DNA of 64,000 bases, taken from the NCBI GenBank assembly GCA_050633305.1, contig JBOEGF010000011.1:159312-223311 (forward strand), read 5' to 3'. Below are positions 38,159 to 47,851 of the stretch, in pieces; within the stretch, counting starts at the first letter, position 1; the number at the start of each line of letters is the position of its first letter. A program made the translations under genes and the position numbers. Under the pieces are notes generated by a model, which saw nothing but the letters and a program-made list of their open reading frames with translations, was not told where the DNA came from and ran no database searches. This stretch comes from Nannocystales bacterium (GTDB lineage: Bacteria > Myxococcota_A > Polyangia > Nannocystales > Nannocystaceae).

Positions 38159-39130
38159 TTAGGCAGGGATTCCGCAGTAGCCGACATCTTCGAGGCCCGG
38201 AGGTGGCTCGTCGAGGGCCTGGATGCAGCTCTCTTCTGGCTCCGGACAGCCGGTGTCGCCCTCGCTCATGTCGCAGAAGGGAGAACAACAAGCCGTCTCG
38301 GCGGCGCAGCCCGCGGTCCCGCCGCGGCAGACCAGGCCAGGGTTGCAGCTTTGGATCGTGCTGCACGGGTCGCCGTCGGCCCCCTGTCCGTCAGGGGCAC
38401 CTGGGATGGCACATACAAAGTTGTTGAACGCGGCGTAGCATCCTTGGTCGTCGGGGCATGCGGGAGCGAGGGGATCGCAAGTGACCTCGCAGATGGGGAG
38501 CGCGCCGTCGTTGAACGCGAAGCATTCTCCGCCGAACTCGCACGGCTGATTGATCTCGCAGTACTCCAAGCAGCGTCCCTCGCCCGTGTTGCCGCTGACA
38601 TCGGTCATGCAGAAGAGGCCGGCCGCGCAGGTGTCGTTGTCGGTCATTCGCTCGCAGGACTCGCCCCATTGAGCGTCGCCGATCACCTCGACGCACCGGG
38701 TGGCGTCGACGGTATTCCCGCCTTCGGTGGCGACGTAGGAGGTGCACTTCTGTCCGCGAGGGCAGTCTTGGGCTGCGGGGTCACACTGGCCGACGATTCC
38801 GCCGTCTGGCGGGCTAATGAACCCGCCGTCGTCCCCGCCATCACTCCCGTCGTCGCCTGCGTCGCCCGCGTCATCGCCACCATCGTCGCCGTCGCCGGGC
38901 CCCGACATGGACGCGTCGCCGCCACCGGGTCCGCCGCCGTCGCCATCGCCGCCGGAGGTGAGGAGGCCGCCGTCATCGGCGGATCCGCTGGACGCGCCAC
39001 CGCCATCACCTCCGCCGTCGGGGTCGGAGTCGCTGTCGCAAGCACCGAGACTGAGACACAACGCTGTGACGGAGAACGCGCGGCCGGCGATCCGGCCAAG
39101 CACCAAGAAAGAACGATCGAGCTTCGACAT
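38159..39130 (-). CDS. Cys-rich myxobacterial-type lipoprotein with Gly/Asp linker
   Basis: LGAC lipobox, long G/D low-complexity linker, CDP.AQDCP and CSPFCD repeats. Confidence 0.8.
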   Translation of the reverse strand: MSKLDRSFLVLGRIAGRAFSVTALCLSLGACDSDSDPDGGGDGGGASSGSADDGGLLTSGGDGDGGGPGGGDASMSGPGDGDDGGDDAGDAGDDGSDGGDDGGFISPPDGGIVGQCDPAAQDCPRGQKCTSYVATEGGNTVDATRCVEVIGDAQWGESCERMTDNDTCAAGLFCMTDVSGNTGEGRCLEYCEINQPCEFGGECFAFNDGALPICEVTCDPLAPACPDDQGCYAAFNNFVCAIPGAPDGQGADGDPCSTIQSCNPGLVCRGGTAGCAAETACCSPFCDMSEGDTGCPEPEESCIQALDEPPPGLEDVGYCGIPA

Positions 39131-39290
39131 TGAGGCAGTCCACCTCGCGGGGTTACCGCGACTGTCCTGAGCATTACATTGGCAGAGGCTCACATTCCAT
39201 AAGAAAATACCGATGCTGCTCTTCGGGCGGCCGGCCGGCGATCTCGACCGTCGTCAGCGTGGACGGTCCGTGCGAACCTCGCCTCGCTCC

Positions 39291-40325
39291 ATGACTGAGA
39301 CACCAAGCTCTGTGACCGTCTTGGGGGCAGGCAGCTGGGGGACCGCGCTCGCGATCCACTGCGCCCGCCGCGGATTCCCGACCCAGTTGTGGACGCGTCG
39401 CACCGATCATTTCGACGCGATGCAGTCGGAGCGTCGCAACGGCCGCTACCTGTCGGACTTTCCGTTCCCCGAGGGCCTGACCGCCACCGACAACCTCGAG
39501 ACGGCCCTGACATCGAGTCCGGGGATGGTCATCTGCGCGGTGCCCAGCCACGGGATGCGGGCGATGATGAAGCGGGTACGCGAGGTCTTCGACCGGAATC
39601 CGGGCGTCGCGGCGCCGATGTACCTCATCGCGGCCAAGGGCATCGAGGTCGAGAGCCTCGACAACATGCACGCCGTGCTGGAGCAGGAGCTACCCCCGAG
39701 CCACCGCCCCAACATTGCAGCGCTGGGCGGTCCCAGCTTCGCCGCTGAAGTCGCGGGGGAGAAACCGACCATGGTCGTCGTCGGGGCCGAGCACGAAACC
39801 ACCGGCACGGCGATCCAAACGATGCTGTCCGGGTCGAACATGCGCGCGTACTTCACCGAGGATGTCCTCGGGGTCGAGATGGGTGGCACGTTCAAGAATG
39901 TGATCGCGCTGGCGGCGGGCATCGGCGACGGGGCGGGCCTTGGGCTCAATGCTCGGGCGGGCTTGATCACTCGGGGGCTGGCGGAGATCACCCGCCTGTC
40001 GGTTCAGCTTGGGGCGAATCCCGCGACGATCTCGGGACTCGCGGGCATGGGTGATCTGGTGCTCACCTGCACGGGCGGTCTGTCCCGAAACCGCCGCGTG
40101 GGCGTCGCACTTGGCGAGGGCAAGAAGCTCGAGCAGATCCTCGAAGAGATGGGGATGGTGGCTGAAGGCATCAAGAACACGCTTTCGGCGCACAAGTTGG
40201 CCCAGCGTGAGGGCGTGGAGATGCCGCTCGTGCAGACGATGCACGCCATCCTCTACGACGGGCTTTCCGTCCCCGCGGCGGTCGACGCCCTGATGGGCCG
40301 CCGCCTGAAGGCGGAGCGCGACTAA
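39291..40325 (+). CDS. gpsA: NAD(P)H-dependent glycerol-3-phosphate dehydrogenase
   Basis: LGAGSWGTALA, KGIE, GPSFA, KNVIALAAG, GDLVLTC, SRNR. Confidence 0.96.
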   Translation: MTETPSSVTVLGAGSWGTALAIHCARRGFPTQLWTRRTDHFDAMQSERRNGRYLSDFPFPEGLTATDNLETALTSSPGMVICAVPSHGMRAMMKRVREVFDRNPGVAAPMYLIAAKGIEVESLDNMHAVLEQELPPSHRPNIAALGGPSFAAEVAGEKPTMVVVGAEHETTGTAIQTMLSGSNMRAYFTEDVLGVEMGGTFKNVIALAAGIGDGAGLGLNARAGLITRGLAEITRLSVQLGANPATISGLAGMGDLVLTCTGGLSRNRRVGVALGEGKKLEQILEEMGMVAEGIKNTLSAHKLAQREGVEMPLVQTMHAILYDGLSVPAAVDALMGRRLKAERD

Positions 40326-40385
40326 ATTCCGAGCGTTTCTCGCACTTGGTTTTGCCGAATCGATTCCGTTAGTCTAGGCGCGACG

Positions 40386-41927
40386 TTGAGCAACATTGAG
40401 CCCACGCCATTTGGCGACAAGTACGTGCTCGTCGAGCACATCGCCACCGGCGGGATGGCGGAGATTTATCGGTCCCAGTACACGGGCATCGAGGGCTTCG
40501 CGAAGGAGCTCGTCGTCAAGACATTGCGCGAAGAGTTCGCCGCCCGGCGGGACGTCGTGCAGATGTTCCTCGACGAGGCACGCGTCGCTGCCACCCTGAC
40601 CCACAACAACGTCGTGCACACGTACGACCTCGGCGAGATCGCTGGCGAGTACTTCATCGCGATGGAGCTCCTCAAGGGCGAGGAGCTGGTCAACGTGATG
40701 CGGCGTTCGTTCCAGCAGAAGCGCCCGCTTCCCGTGGAGCTCGCCGTCGGCATCATCATGCAGTCGTGCGAGGGGTTGCACTACGTGCACTCGCGGACAG
40801 ATGAGGGAGGCAACCCCCTCGGGCTGGTGCACCGTGACATCAACCCGACCAACATCCACGTCGGGTACGACGGCGTCTGCAAGATCCTCGACTTCGGTAT
40901 CGCTGCGACTCGAGCGTCGGCGGTCGCCAAGAAGGGCGAGGTCGCAGGCAAGCTTTCTTACATGGCCCCGGAGCAACTGCGCGGCGAGGTCATCGACGCC
41001 CGCGCAGACGTGTTCCCGTTGGGTGTCGTCATGTACGAGCTCTGCCTGGGCCGCAGGTTGTTTCGCGGTCAGCGAGACGACGTGATGCGGCGGGTGTTGG
41101 AAGGCGACGTTCCTCCGCCGACCTTCGTCAACCCGTCGTTCCCGCCCACGCTCGAGGCCGTCATCATGCGGGCCCTCGAAGTGGACCCCGCAGATCGCTA
41201 CCAAAACTGCGATCACATGTTCCGCGACCTCGAGGCGTTCCTTCAGGAGGAAGGCCTCAACTCCAGCCCGCGTAAGCTCAGCGGGGTGATGGTCGACCTC
41301 TTCGGAGAGGGAGCGCCTGCCGTCGTCGACTACGACGACATGTACGACGACCTCGACGGAGACGCGCTCGACTTCGATCACTTCGAGACGGTTTCGTCGG
41401 ATGACGACGCTCCGGATTGGGCGCGTGAACTCGAGGTGAAGTCACCGGCCGAGTCCTCGCCGAAGCGCCGCAGAGCTCGGCAGCTCACCATCGGCAACCT
41501 CGAGGCGTTGGTCGGGCAGGGCAAGTTCGATGAGTCGGGGGCTCACCCGGTCGTCCCACCCGCGTCGGACCGTGACGGTGCCGGGCCGGCCCCGAGGAGA
41601 GGCAACAAACCTCCGACGGGCCCGCGCGCCGCGACGAAAGGCTCGGGCATGCACCGGGCGATTCCGGCCGATGCGGCGGCCGAGACCGGGCGGCCCAAAC
41701 GTCGACCTCCCTCGGGCGGGCGAGCACGGTTGCGCAGTGGTCCGGCATCGGGTCCCAACCCGATGCTCACCACCGGTCCGCTCACCCCCGTCTCTGACAA
41801 CACCACCGGCTTCGGCCAGAGCGTCGTCCGCAGCAAAGGCGGCGGTGTGGCCTGGGCCTGGATCGTCGGTGTGATCGTCTTCGGCGGGTTTGCCTACCTC
41901 GCCTATACTCTCTTCACGGCAAAGTAG
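40386..41927 (+). CDS. Ser/Thr protein kinase with C-terminal TM anchor
   Basis: GGMAEIY, VVK, HRDINPTN, DFG, YMAPE; acidic and Pro/Arg linker; terminal TM; TTG start. Confidence 0.93.
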   Translation: MSNIEPTPFGDKYVLVEHIATGGMAEIYRSQYTGIEGFAKELVVKTLREEFAARRDVVQMFLDEARVAATLTHNNVVHTYDLGEIAGEYFIAMELLKGEELVNVMRRSFQQKRPLPVELAVGIIMQSCEGLHYVHSRTDEGGNPLGLVHRDINPTNIHVGYDGVCKILDFGIAATRASAVAKKGEVAGKLSYMAPEQLRGEVIDARADVFPLGVVMYELCLGRRLFRGQRDDVMRRVLEGDVPPPTFVNPSFPPTLEAVIMRALEVDPADRYQNCDHMFRDLEAFLQEEGLNSSPRKLSGVMVDLFGEGAPAVVDYDDMYDDLDGDALDFDHFETVSSDDDAPDWARELEVKSPAESSPKRRRARQLTIGNLEALVGQGKFDESGAHPVVPPASDRDGAGPAPRRGNKPPTGPRAATKGSGMHRAIPADAAAETGRPKRRPPSGGRARLRSGPASGPNPMLTTGPLTPVSDNTTGFGQSVVRSKGGGVAWAWIVGVIVFGGFAYLAYTLFTAK

Positions 41928-41948
41928 CTGCCGAACTCTCGCGCCATC

Positions 41949-42656
41949 ATGCTCAACGGAACCGCACAGCTCGAAGCCTGGAAGAAGATCGCGGCCTTCG
42001 AGGTGTTCGGCGACTACGCCCCGGCCGACGGCTCGCGGTTGATGATCAAGGTCGGGGTGCAGTCGTCCACGCTCGAGCGTGTCCTCGAGGAGCGCGCCGA
42101 CGGGACCGAGCTCCTCGACCCCACGTTCGCGCAATGGATGGTTCGTGCTGGACTGGGCTTGTCACAGTCGGGTCAGGTCAGCTTCGTCTACGCGACCCCG
42201 GTCGAGGCGGTGTGCCTGGTCCGTCCCGACGTCGTGCAAGGCGCGGGCGCCGTGCTCCCGATTCAGTCACGCCTGCTCGCAAGCTTCACCGCCCGCTTGT
42301 CTCTGCTTGCAGGGTCCGAAGTTCCCGCGGTTGCCCAACTCTTCGAGTTCCCCGACGTCACGGTCGTCCGTCGCGCGATGTGTCGGCTGGTCGAGGACGT
42401 CGAGGAGAGCACGCCCCTGCGGAGTTCGCTCTGGCTTGGCGCGCAGCTCCGTGGGCGTGGCCAGCCGTTCCACCCCTCGATGCTCGAGACCCTGGAAGAG
42501 CAAACCTCGCTGCTGCAGAGCAACGGGATCGACATGGATGCACTCCCGGCTTGGTGGTGGCGTGGCATCGCGGCGGCGGTTCGTCCGGACGGCGCGGTCG
42601 ACATCTACGACGACCTGCCCGCTGGGGACGCCGTCGGTGAGCTCGTCCCCGCCTGA
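41949..42656 (+). CDS. divergent Thg1-like protein (tRNA-His guanylyltransferase fold), catalytic residues lost
   Basis: Colinear by eye with bacterial TLPs: FE..D, LDPTF (PFD.RF), YATPVEAV (YTQSDEIS), LLQSNGIDMDALPAWWWRG (LLF..GINFN.LP.WQRRG), DDLP. Confidence 0.7.
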   Translation: MLNGTAQLEAWKKIAAFEVFGDYAPADGSRLMIKVGVQSSTLERVLEERADGTELLDPTFAQWMVRAGLGLSQSGQVSFVYATPVEAVCLVRPDVVQGAGAVLPIQSRLLASFTARLSLLAGSEVPAVAQLFEFPDVTVVRRAMCRLVEDVEESTPLRSSLWLGAQLRGRGQPFHPSMLETLEEQTSLLQSNGIDMDALPAWWWRGIAAAVRPDGAVDIYDDLPAGDAVGELVPA

Positions 42657-42660
42657 CTCG

Positions 42661-43836
42661 GTGGGCCCGGTCCCGGCAAGGCCCCAGCCAGGCCCGACGC
42701 CCGATGTCCCGCCGGACGCGTTCGGTCTGTACGTACACGTTCCGTTCTGCGCACGAGCGTGCCCGTACTGCGATTTCGATTTTCGGGTCGATGCGCGCCC
42801 CGATGGCGGCGCGCTCCTCGCTGCGCTCGAGCGCGAGACCCAGAGCCGAGACGATGCGCGACTCGGTGAGGCTCCGTATTCGATCTACGTTGGGGGCGGC
42901 ACGCCCAGCGTCTTGAGTGCCGAACACCTCGGTGCGCTCTTGGGGTGGGTCTCGAACACATGGTCGGCTGAGGACTGTGTGGAGTGGACGGTGGAGTTCA
43001 ACCCCGAGCACGTCGACGCGGCCCGCCTGGAGTCGTTACAGCGCGCCGGGGTCGGACGCATCTCGCTCGGTGTACAGAGCTTCGACCCGGTTGGACTCCG
43101 TCAGCTGGGTCGCGCCCATGACCCGGACCAGGCGTGTGAGGCCATCGAGGCCGCGCAGCGCCGGGGACTCGCGGTCTCGGTCGACCTGATCGTGGGCTGG
43201 CCAGGCCAAAGCATGGATGGGCTGCGCGGCGAGCTGCAGCGGGTGCTCTCGCTGGGGGCGGAGCACGTGTCTGTCTATGCGCTGACCATCGAGCCGGGTA
43301 CGCCGTGGGAGCGCTTGGCCGAGCGAGGCGTGCGCCGGCTGCCTCAGCTCGACGACGCCGCGGACGCACTGGAGTGTTGCGCCACCGTGCTCGGGAATGC
43401 AGGGTTCACGCACTACGAGGTCGCCAGCTACGCTCGAGGAGGCGTATTCGCGGTCCACAACAGCGGCTATTGGCTCGGACGCGACTACGTCGGCGTTGGA
43501 CCGTCCGCCGCGTCGGCCCAGCATCGGCACGACGGCGTGGCGCGACGCTCCAACGCTCGCGGCGGTGATTGGTGGGCGGGCGAACCGGCGAGCATCGAGC
43601 AGTTGGAGTCCGAGAATGCTGCGAGGGAGGCGCTGTGGTTGTCACTGCGGTTGTTGGAGGGCGTGGAGATCGACGCGTTTCTGCGCCGGGTTCACCGCGA
43701 TCGTGCGTGGCTCGAGGCCCGGACCGCACGCGCCCGGGCCCGCGGCAACGTCACCCTCGAAGGAACTCGAATGCGGGTCGCACCCGGGCGCTGGATGCAC
43801 CACGACGACATCGCCGCCGACGTCCTTTCGATGTGA
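42661..43836 (+). CDS. hemW: radical SAM heme chaperone HemW
   Basis: LYVHVPFCARACPYCDF, YVGGGTPS, RISLGVQSF, HYEVASYA, HNSGYW. Confidence 0.9.
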   Translation: MGPVPARPQPGPTPDVPPDAFGLYVHVPFCARACPYCDFDFRVDARPDGGALLAALERETQSRDDARLGEAPYSIYVGGGTPSVLSAEHLGALLGWVSNTWSAEDCVEWTVEFNPEHVDAARLESLQRAGVGRISLGVQSFDPVGLRQLGRAHDPDQACEAIEAAQRRGLAVSVDLIVGWPGQSMDGLRGELQRVLSLGAEHVSVYALTIEPGTPWERLAERGVRRLPQLDDAADALECCATVLGNAGFTHYEVASYARGGVFAVHNSGYWLGRDYVGVGPSAASAQHRHDGVARRSNARGGDWWAGEPASIEQLESENAAREALWLSLRLLEGVEIDAFLRRVHRDRAWLEARTARARARGNVTLEGTRMRVAPGRWMHHDDIAADVLSM

Positions 43837-43909
43837 GATCCCCACCAAGGCGGGGTTCTTGGCCCTGGAAGCCGCGCTCGTGGCCGCTGGGCTTGCTATC
43901 CTACGCGAG

Positions 43910-45052
43910 ATGGACCGGGTGCCGTCGCTCACGACTCGGCAGCAGCGATTGCTGTACGCGGTATGCCGCGACTACATCCTCACCGGGGAGCCGGCCTCGT
44001 CGGGCCGACTCGTCAAGACCCACGGCCTGCCTTGGTCCTCTGCCACGGTGCGTCAGGAGTTCGCGGTGCTCGAGCGGGATGGGTTGCTCGAGCGGTCCCA
44101 CCACAGCTCGGGCCGTTTGCCGACCCGCACGGGTCTGGAGCGATACGTGGGCTCGCTCGGCCAGGGCGCCCAACTCTCTCCTCACTTGGCGACCGTGGTC
44201 GACCGTGGGCTGGCCGCAGCCGGACACTCCGTCGGAGACGAGGTTCGAGCCGCGTCCGCCGTGCTCAGCGAGGTCGCGGGCTGCGTCGCCGTTTCGTTCG
44301 TCGGGGCCTCTCGGGGGGGACGTATCGATACCGTCGACATCGCCCCGCTGGTGTTGCCGCGCGCGCTGGTGGTGCTTGGCTTCGGCGACGGCTCGACCGC
44401 GATGCGAACGGTCCGGTTTGAGGCGCTCGACGACGACCCCGCGATCGCCGATCGTCAGCTCCGAACCCTCCAGGGCCGACTTCGCGAGCTCTGTGCGCGG
44501 CGAACCCTCGATGAGGCGCTCGCTCAGCTTCGGGCCCTGCAGCAGGCCCAACAGGCTCGGATTGACGATGCGCTGGCCGAAGCACTCCGGGTTGGGCTGA
44601 TCGTGTGTGCGGGTGCGGCCTTGGACCCGCTGTGGCTGCAGGTCGCGGGGCAGCGGACGCTCGCGGGCGCAGACGCGGTGACCCCGGCCGGCCTGGGCGA
44701 CGTGCTGGGACTGCTCGAAGACTACGAGCGGCTGGCGGAGGTCTTGTGTCAGCTCGTTCCTGACGGACAGACGCGCAGCAGTCGGGCCCGGGTCCGGGTG
44801 GGCGTTCCGTTGGGCCGTCCCATGTCCCCGGCGCAGTCGGTTCGACTCACCGTGGTGGGGTGTCGCCTGCCCGTTCGGGGAGAGGCGGTCGCAGAACAGC
44901 CGCCGGGGCATCGCGCGACCGGCATGGTGGCGTTGCTGGGTTCCGACCGTATGGATTACGCCCGCGCAATTCCTCTGGTAGAGTACGCGGCGCGATCGCT
45001 GGCTGCGCACGGTGATTCGACTGGGAAGTCCGGCTCGAAACAAGCGCCCTGA
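43910..45052 (+). CDS. hrcA: heat-inducible transcription repressor HrcA (divergent)
   Basis: DYILTGEPASS, SSATVR, SSGRLPT, LGSDRMDY; lies upstream of grpE-dnaK. Confidence 0.88.
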   Translation: MDRVPSLTTRQQRLLYAVCRDYILTGEPASSGRLVKTHGLPWSSATVRQEFAVLERDGLLERSHHSSGRLPTRTGLERYVGSLGQGAQLSPHLATVVDRGLAAAGHSVGDEVRAASAVLSEVAGCVAVSFVGASRGGRIDTVDIAPLVLPRALVVLGFGDGSTAMRTVRFEALDDDPAIADRQLRTLQGRLRELCARRTLDEALAQLRALQQAQQARIDDALAEALRVGLIVCAGAALDPLWLQVAGQRTLAGADAVTPAGLGDVLGLLEDYERLAEVLCQLVPDGQTRSSRARVRVGVPLGRPMSPAQSVRLTVVGCRLPVRGEAVAEQPPGHRATGMVALLGSDRMDYARAIPLVEYAARSLAAHGDSTGKSGSKQAP

Positions 45053-45139
45053 AGCCCCTGCAATTGCGACGCTTTCCCGGCAGTGCGTAAGCCTCATGCG
45101 ACCATGCCACGGCCCAGCACGCCGACCCCGATCGACCAG

Positions 45140-45916
45140 ATGACGATCGACGAGACTACGATGACCCAAGGCAATGACGAGAACAGCCCCGGCGAGGACG
45201 CCCTCACCGCGGAGATCGACAAGACCATGGCCGAAGCCGAAGCTGCTGTGAAGGATATGGAGACCGACGACGGTGTGATTGAAATCGACGGTGACCTTGG
45301 TGGAGACGCCGACGGTCAGACCAGCGATGGCGATGGCGATGGCGATGGCGATGGTGGTACCGACGCCGAGCTTGTCGAGTTGCGCGAGCGTGTCGAGACC
45401 CTGCGGGGCGAGCTGAGCGGGACCAAAGACAAGTGGATGCGGGCGCTCGCCGACCTCGAGAACCACAAGAAGCGCACAAAGAAGGAGATGGACGACGCCG
45501 CACTGCGGACCGCAAAGAGTCTGCTCCCGGCGTTTTTGCCTGTCTTGGACAACCTGGAGCGCGCGCTCGAAGTCGCAGAGCCTACGGCGGCCAATGCCTC
45601 GGATGAGAACGCGGAGAACGTCCGGAACCTCGTCCAGGGGATCAAAATGGTGCGGCAGGAGTTCCTGGGCGCGCTGGTCCGCAACGGAATCGAACCCATC
45701 GATAGCATCGGCACCGCATTCGATCCCGCAGTTCACGACGCGCTTCAACAATTCGACAGCCCAGACTTCCCACCCGGCGTGGTGATTCGGGAGTTCGAGA
45801 AGGGCTACATGCTCAAGGGGCGCCTGCTGCGACCCGCGCGCGTGATCGTTGCTGGTGCAGGTTCCACCGGCGTTCCAACCGAAGACAAAGCACAGGCCGA
45901 CGCGGCCGAGGACTGA
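45140..45916 (+). CDS. grpE: nucleotide exchange factor GrpE
   Basis: RALADLENHKKR, LPVLDNLERAL, FDPAVHDA, KGY..GRLLRPARV; start 45140 or 45161. Confidence 0.95.
   Translation: MTIDETTMTQGNDENSPGEDALTAEIDKTMAEAEAAVKDMETDDGVIEIDGDLGGDADGQTSDGDGDGDGDGGTDAELVELRERVETLRGELSGTKDKWMRALADLENHKKRTKKEMDDAALRTAKSLLPAFLPVLDNLERALEVAEPTAANASDENAENVRNLVQGIKMVRQEFLGALVRNGIEPIDSIGTAFDPAVHDALQQFDSPDFPPGVVIREFEKGYMLKGRLLRPARVIVAGAGSTGVPTEDKAQADAAED
45326..45355 (+). repeat. GATGGC hexamer microsatellite encoding poly(DG) in GrpE
   Basis: gatggc four times plus gatggt. Confidence 0.8.
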
Positions 45917-45922
45917 TCTTCG

Positions 45923-47752
45923 ATGGGGCAGGGGCGAATCATCGGCATCGACTTGGGCACGACGAACTCGTGCGTCGCAATCATGGGCGGCGACGAGGTT
46001 CAGATCATCGCCAACGCCGAGGGCAGCCGAACGACGCCCAGCGTCGTGGCGTTCACCGAGGAGGGGGAACGTCTCGTCGGTCAGATCGCGAAGCGGCAGG
46101 CCATCACCAACCCCACGAACACCGTCTACGCGGCCAAGCGGTTGATCGGGCTCAAGCTCGAGGACCCGCGGATCGCGGACCTGCGGAAGCTGCTGCCGTA
46201 CGCCTTGGCCGCGGCCGACAACGGCGACGCCTGGATCGAGATCTGGGATCGCAAGTACTCGCCGTCCGAGATCGGTGCGGCGGTGCTCGCCAAGATGAAA
46301 GAGTCGGCCGAGGCGTTCTTGGGAGAGACCATCTCCCGAGCGATCGTCACAGTTCCGGCGTACTTCAACGACAACCAGCGGCAGGCCACCAAGGACGCGG
46401 GCAAGATCGCCGGCTTGGAGGTCGAGCGGATCATCAACGAGCCGACCGCAGCCACCTTGGCGTACGGCCTGCACGAGAAGAGCGACAACAAGACCGTCGC
46501 CGTCTACGACCTCGGTGGTGGCACGTTTGACATTTCGCTCCTGGAGTTGCGCGGGGGTGTCTTCGAGGTCCTCGCCACCGCCGGCGATACGCTGCTGGGC
46601 GGGGAGGACTTCGACAACAGCATCGTGAACTGGTGCGCGACGGAGTTCCTCGCGGAGCAGGAGTTCGACCTTCGAACCGAGAAACTCGCCGCGCAGCGCC
46701 TCAAGGAGGCTGCCGAGAAAGCCAAGCAGGAACTCTCGTGGTCGGTCGAGACCGAGATCAACCTGCCGTTCATCGCGGCCCGGGCGGGCCAGCCGTTGCA
46801 CTTCTCGCGCACGCTCAGCCGTCGCAAGTTGGAGGAGTTGACCAAGGACCTCATCGACCGCACGCTCGCACCGTGTCGCCAAGTGCTGGCGGATGCCGAG
46901 CTCGAGGTCGGAGATGTCGATGAGGTTCTGCTCGTCGGAGGTCAGACCCGGATGCCGCTGGTCCAAGACCGGGTCCAAGAGTTCTTCGGCCGTGAGCCGA
47001 GCAAGGGCGTCAACCCGGACGAGGTCGTTGCTGCGGGCGCAGCCATCCAGGGCGCCGTGCTCGAGGGCACCGTCGAAGATGTCCTCCTGCTGGACGTCGT
47101 CCCGTTGCACATCGGTGTCGAGACCCAGGGCGGCGTGTTCGAGCCGCTCATCCTGCGGAACACCACCATCCCGACCAAGAAGACCCAGGTCTTCAGTACG
47201 ACCGTGGACAACCAGCCCGTGGTCAACGTGCACGTGGCCCAGGGCCTTCGCGACATGGTCGAAGACAACCAGAGCTTGGCCCGTTTCCAGCTCACGGATA
47301 TCCCGCCCGCACCACGGGGCGTGCCGCAGATCCAGGTGACGTTCGACATCGACGCCGACGGCATTTTGAGTGTGTCGGCGAAGGACCTTGGGACCCAACG
47401 GGAGTCGACTTGCCAGGTCACGCCGACGTCGGGACTCAGCGAAGATCAGATCGACGCATTGGCAGACGAGGCCGAGTCCCGAAAGGGCGAGGACGCGGCC
47501 AAGAAAGACGTCGCGGAGATCCGAAACCGAGCCGAGACGCTGGTCTACACCTGCAAACGCTCGTTGGAAGCCTACGGAAACCTGCTCAGTGACGTGGACC
47601 GAGCCGATGTCGCCTCGGATACCAAACGCCTCGAAGCGTTGCTCGCGGGTTCGGCGAGCGCCGACGCTCTTCGCGAGGCCCTCTCTGCCCTCGAAAACTC
47701 ATCGCACCAGATCTACGAGGCGATGATGGCCCAGTCCGAACAGGACGGCTGA
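45923..47752 (+). CDS. dnaK: molecular chaperone DnaK (SglK-like paralog possible)
   Basis: GIDLGTTNS, TVPAYFND, DLGGGTFD, DVLLLDV linker, PRGVPQI. Confidence 0.97.
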   Translation: MGQGRIIGIDLGTTNSCVAIMGGDEVQIIANAEGSRTTPSVVAFTEEGERLVGQIAKRQAITNPTNTVYAAKRLIGLKLEDPRIADLRKLLPYALAAADNGDAWIEIWDRKYSPSEIGAAVLAKMKESAEAFLGETISRAIVTVPAYFNDNQRQATKDAGKIAGLEVERIINEPTAATLAYGLHEKSDNKTVAVYDLGGGTFDISLLELRGGVFEVLATAGDTLLGGEDFDNSIVNWCATEFLAEQEFDLRTEKLAAQRLKEAAEKAKQELSWSVETEINLPFIAARAGQPLHFSRTLSRRKLEELTKDLIDRTLAPCRQVLADAELEVGDVDEVLLVGGQTRMPLVQDRVQEFFGREPSKGVNPDEVVAAGAAIQGAVLEGTVEDVLLLDVVPLHIGVETQGGVFEPLILRNTTIPTKKTQVFSTTVDNQPVVNVHVAQGLRDMVEDNQSLARFQLTDIPPAPRGVPQIQVTFDIDADGILSVSAKDLGTQRESTCQVTPTSGLSEDQIDALADEAESRKGEDAAKKDVAEIRNRAETLVYTCKRSLEAYGNLLSDVDRADVASDTKRLEALLAGSASADALREALSALENSSHQIYEAMMAQSEQDG

Positions 47753-47851
47753 GCGTCGTTCGGTGCAGGAAACCCGAGTCGACGTGTCGGCCTCTAAATG
47801 GAGGGCGGACCCAGGGCTGGACCGCAGACCGGAACAGGAACAAGGACGGGG

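Noticed and set aside
43901..47398. 1165-aa minus-strand ORF
   Set aside because: Antisense shadow of hrcA/grpE/dnaK; long ORFs antisense to dnaK are a known artefact in GC-rich genomes.
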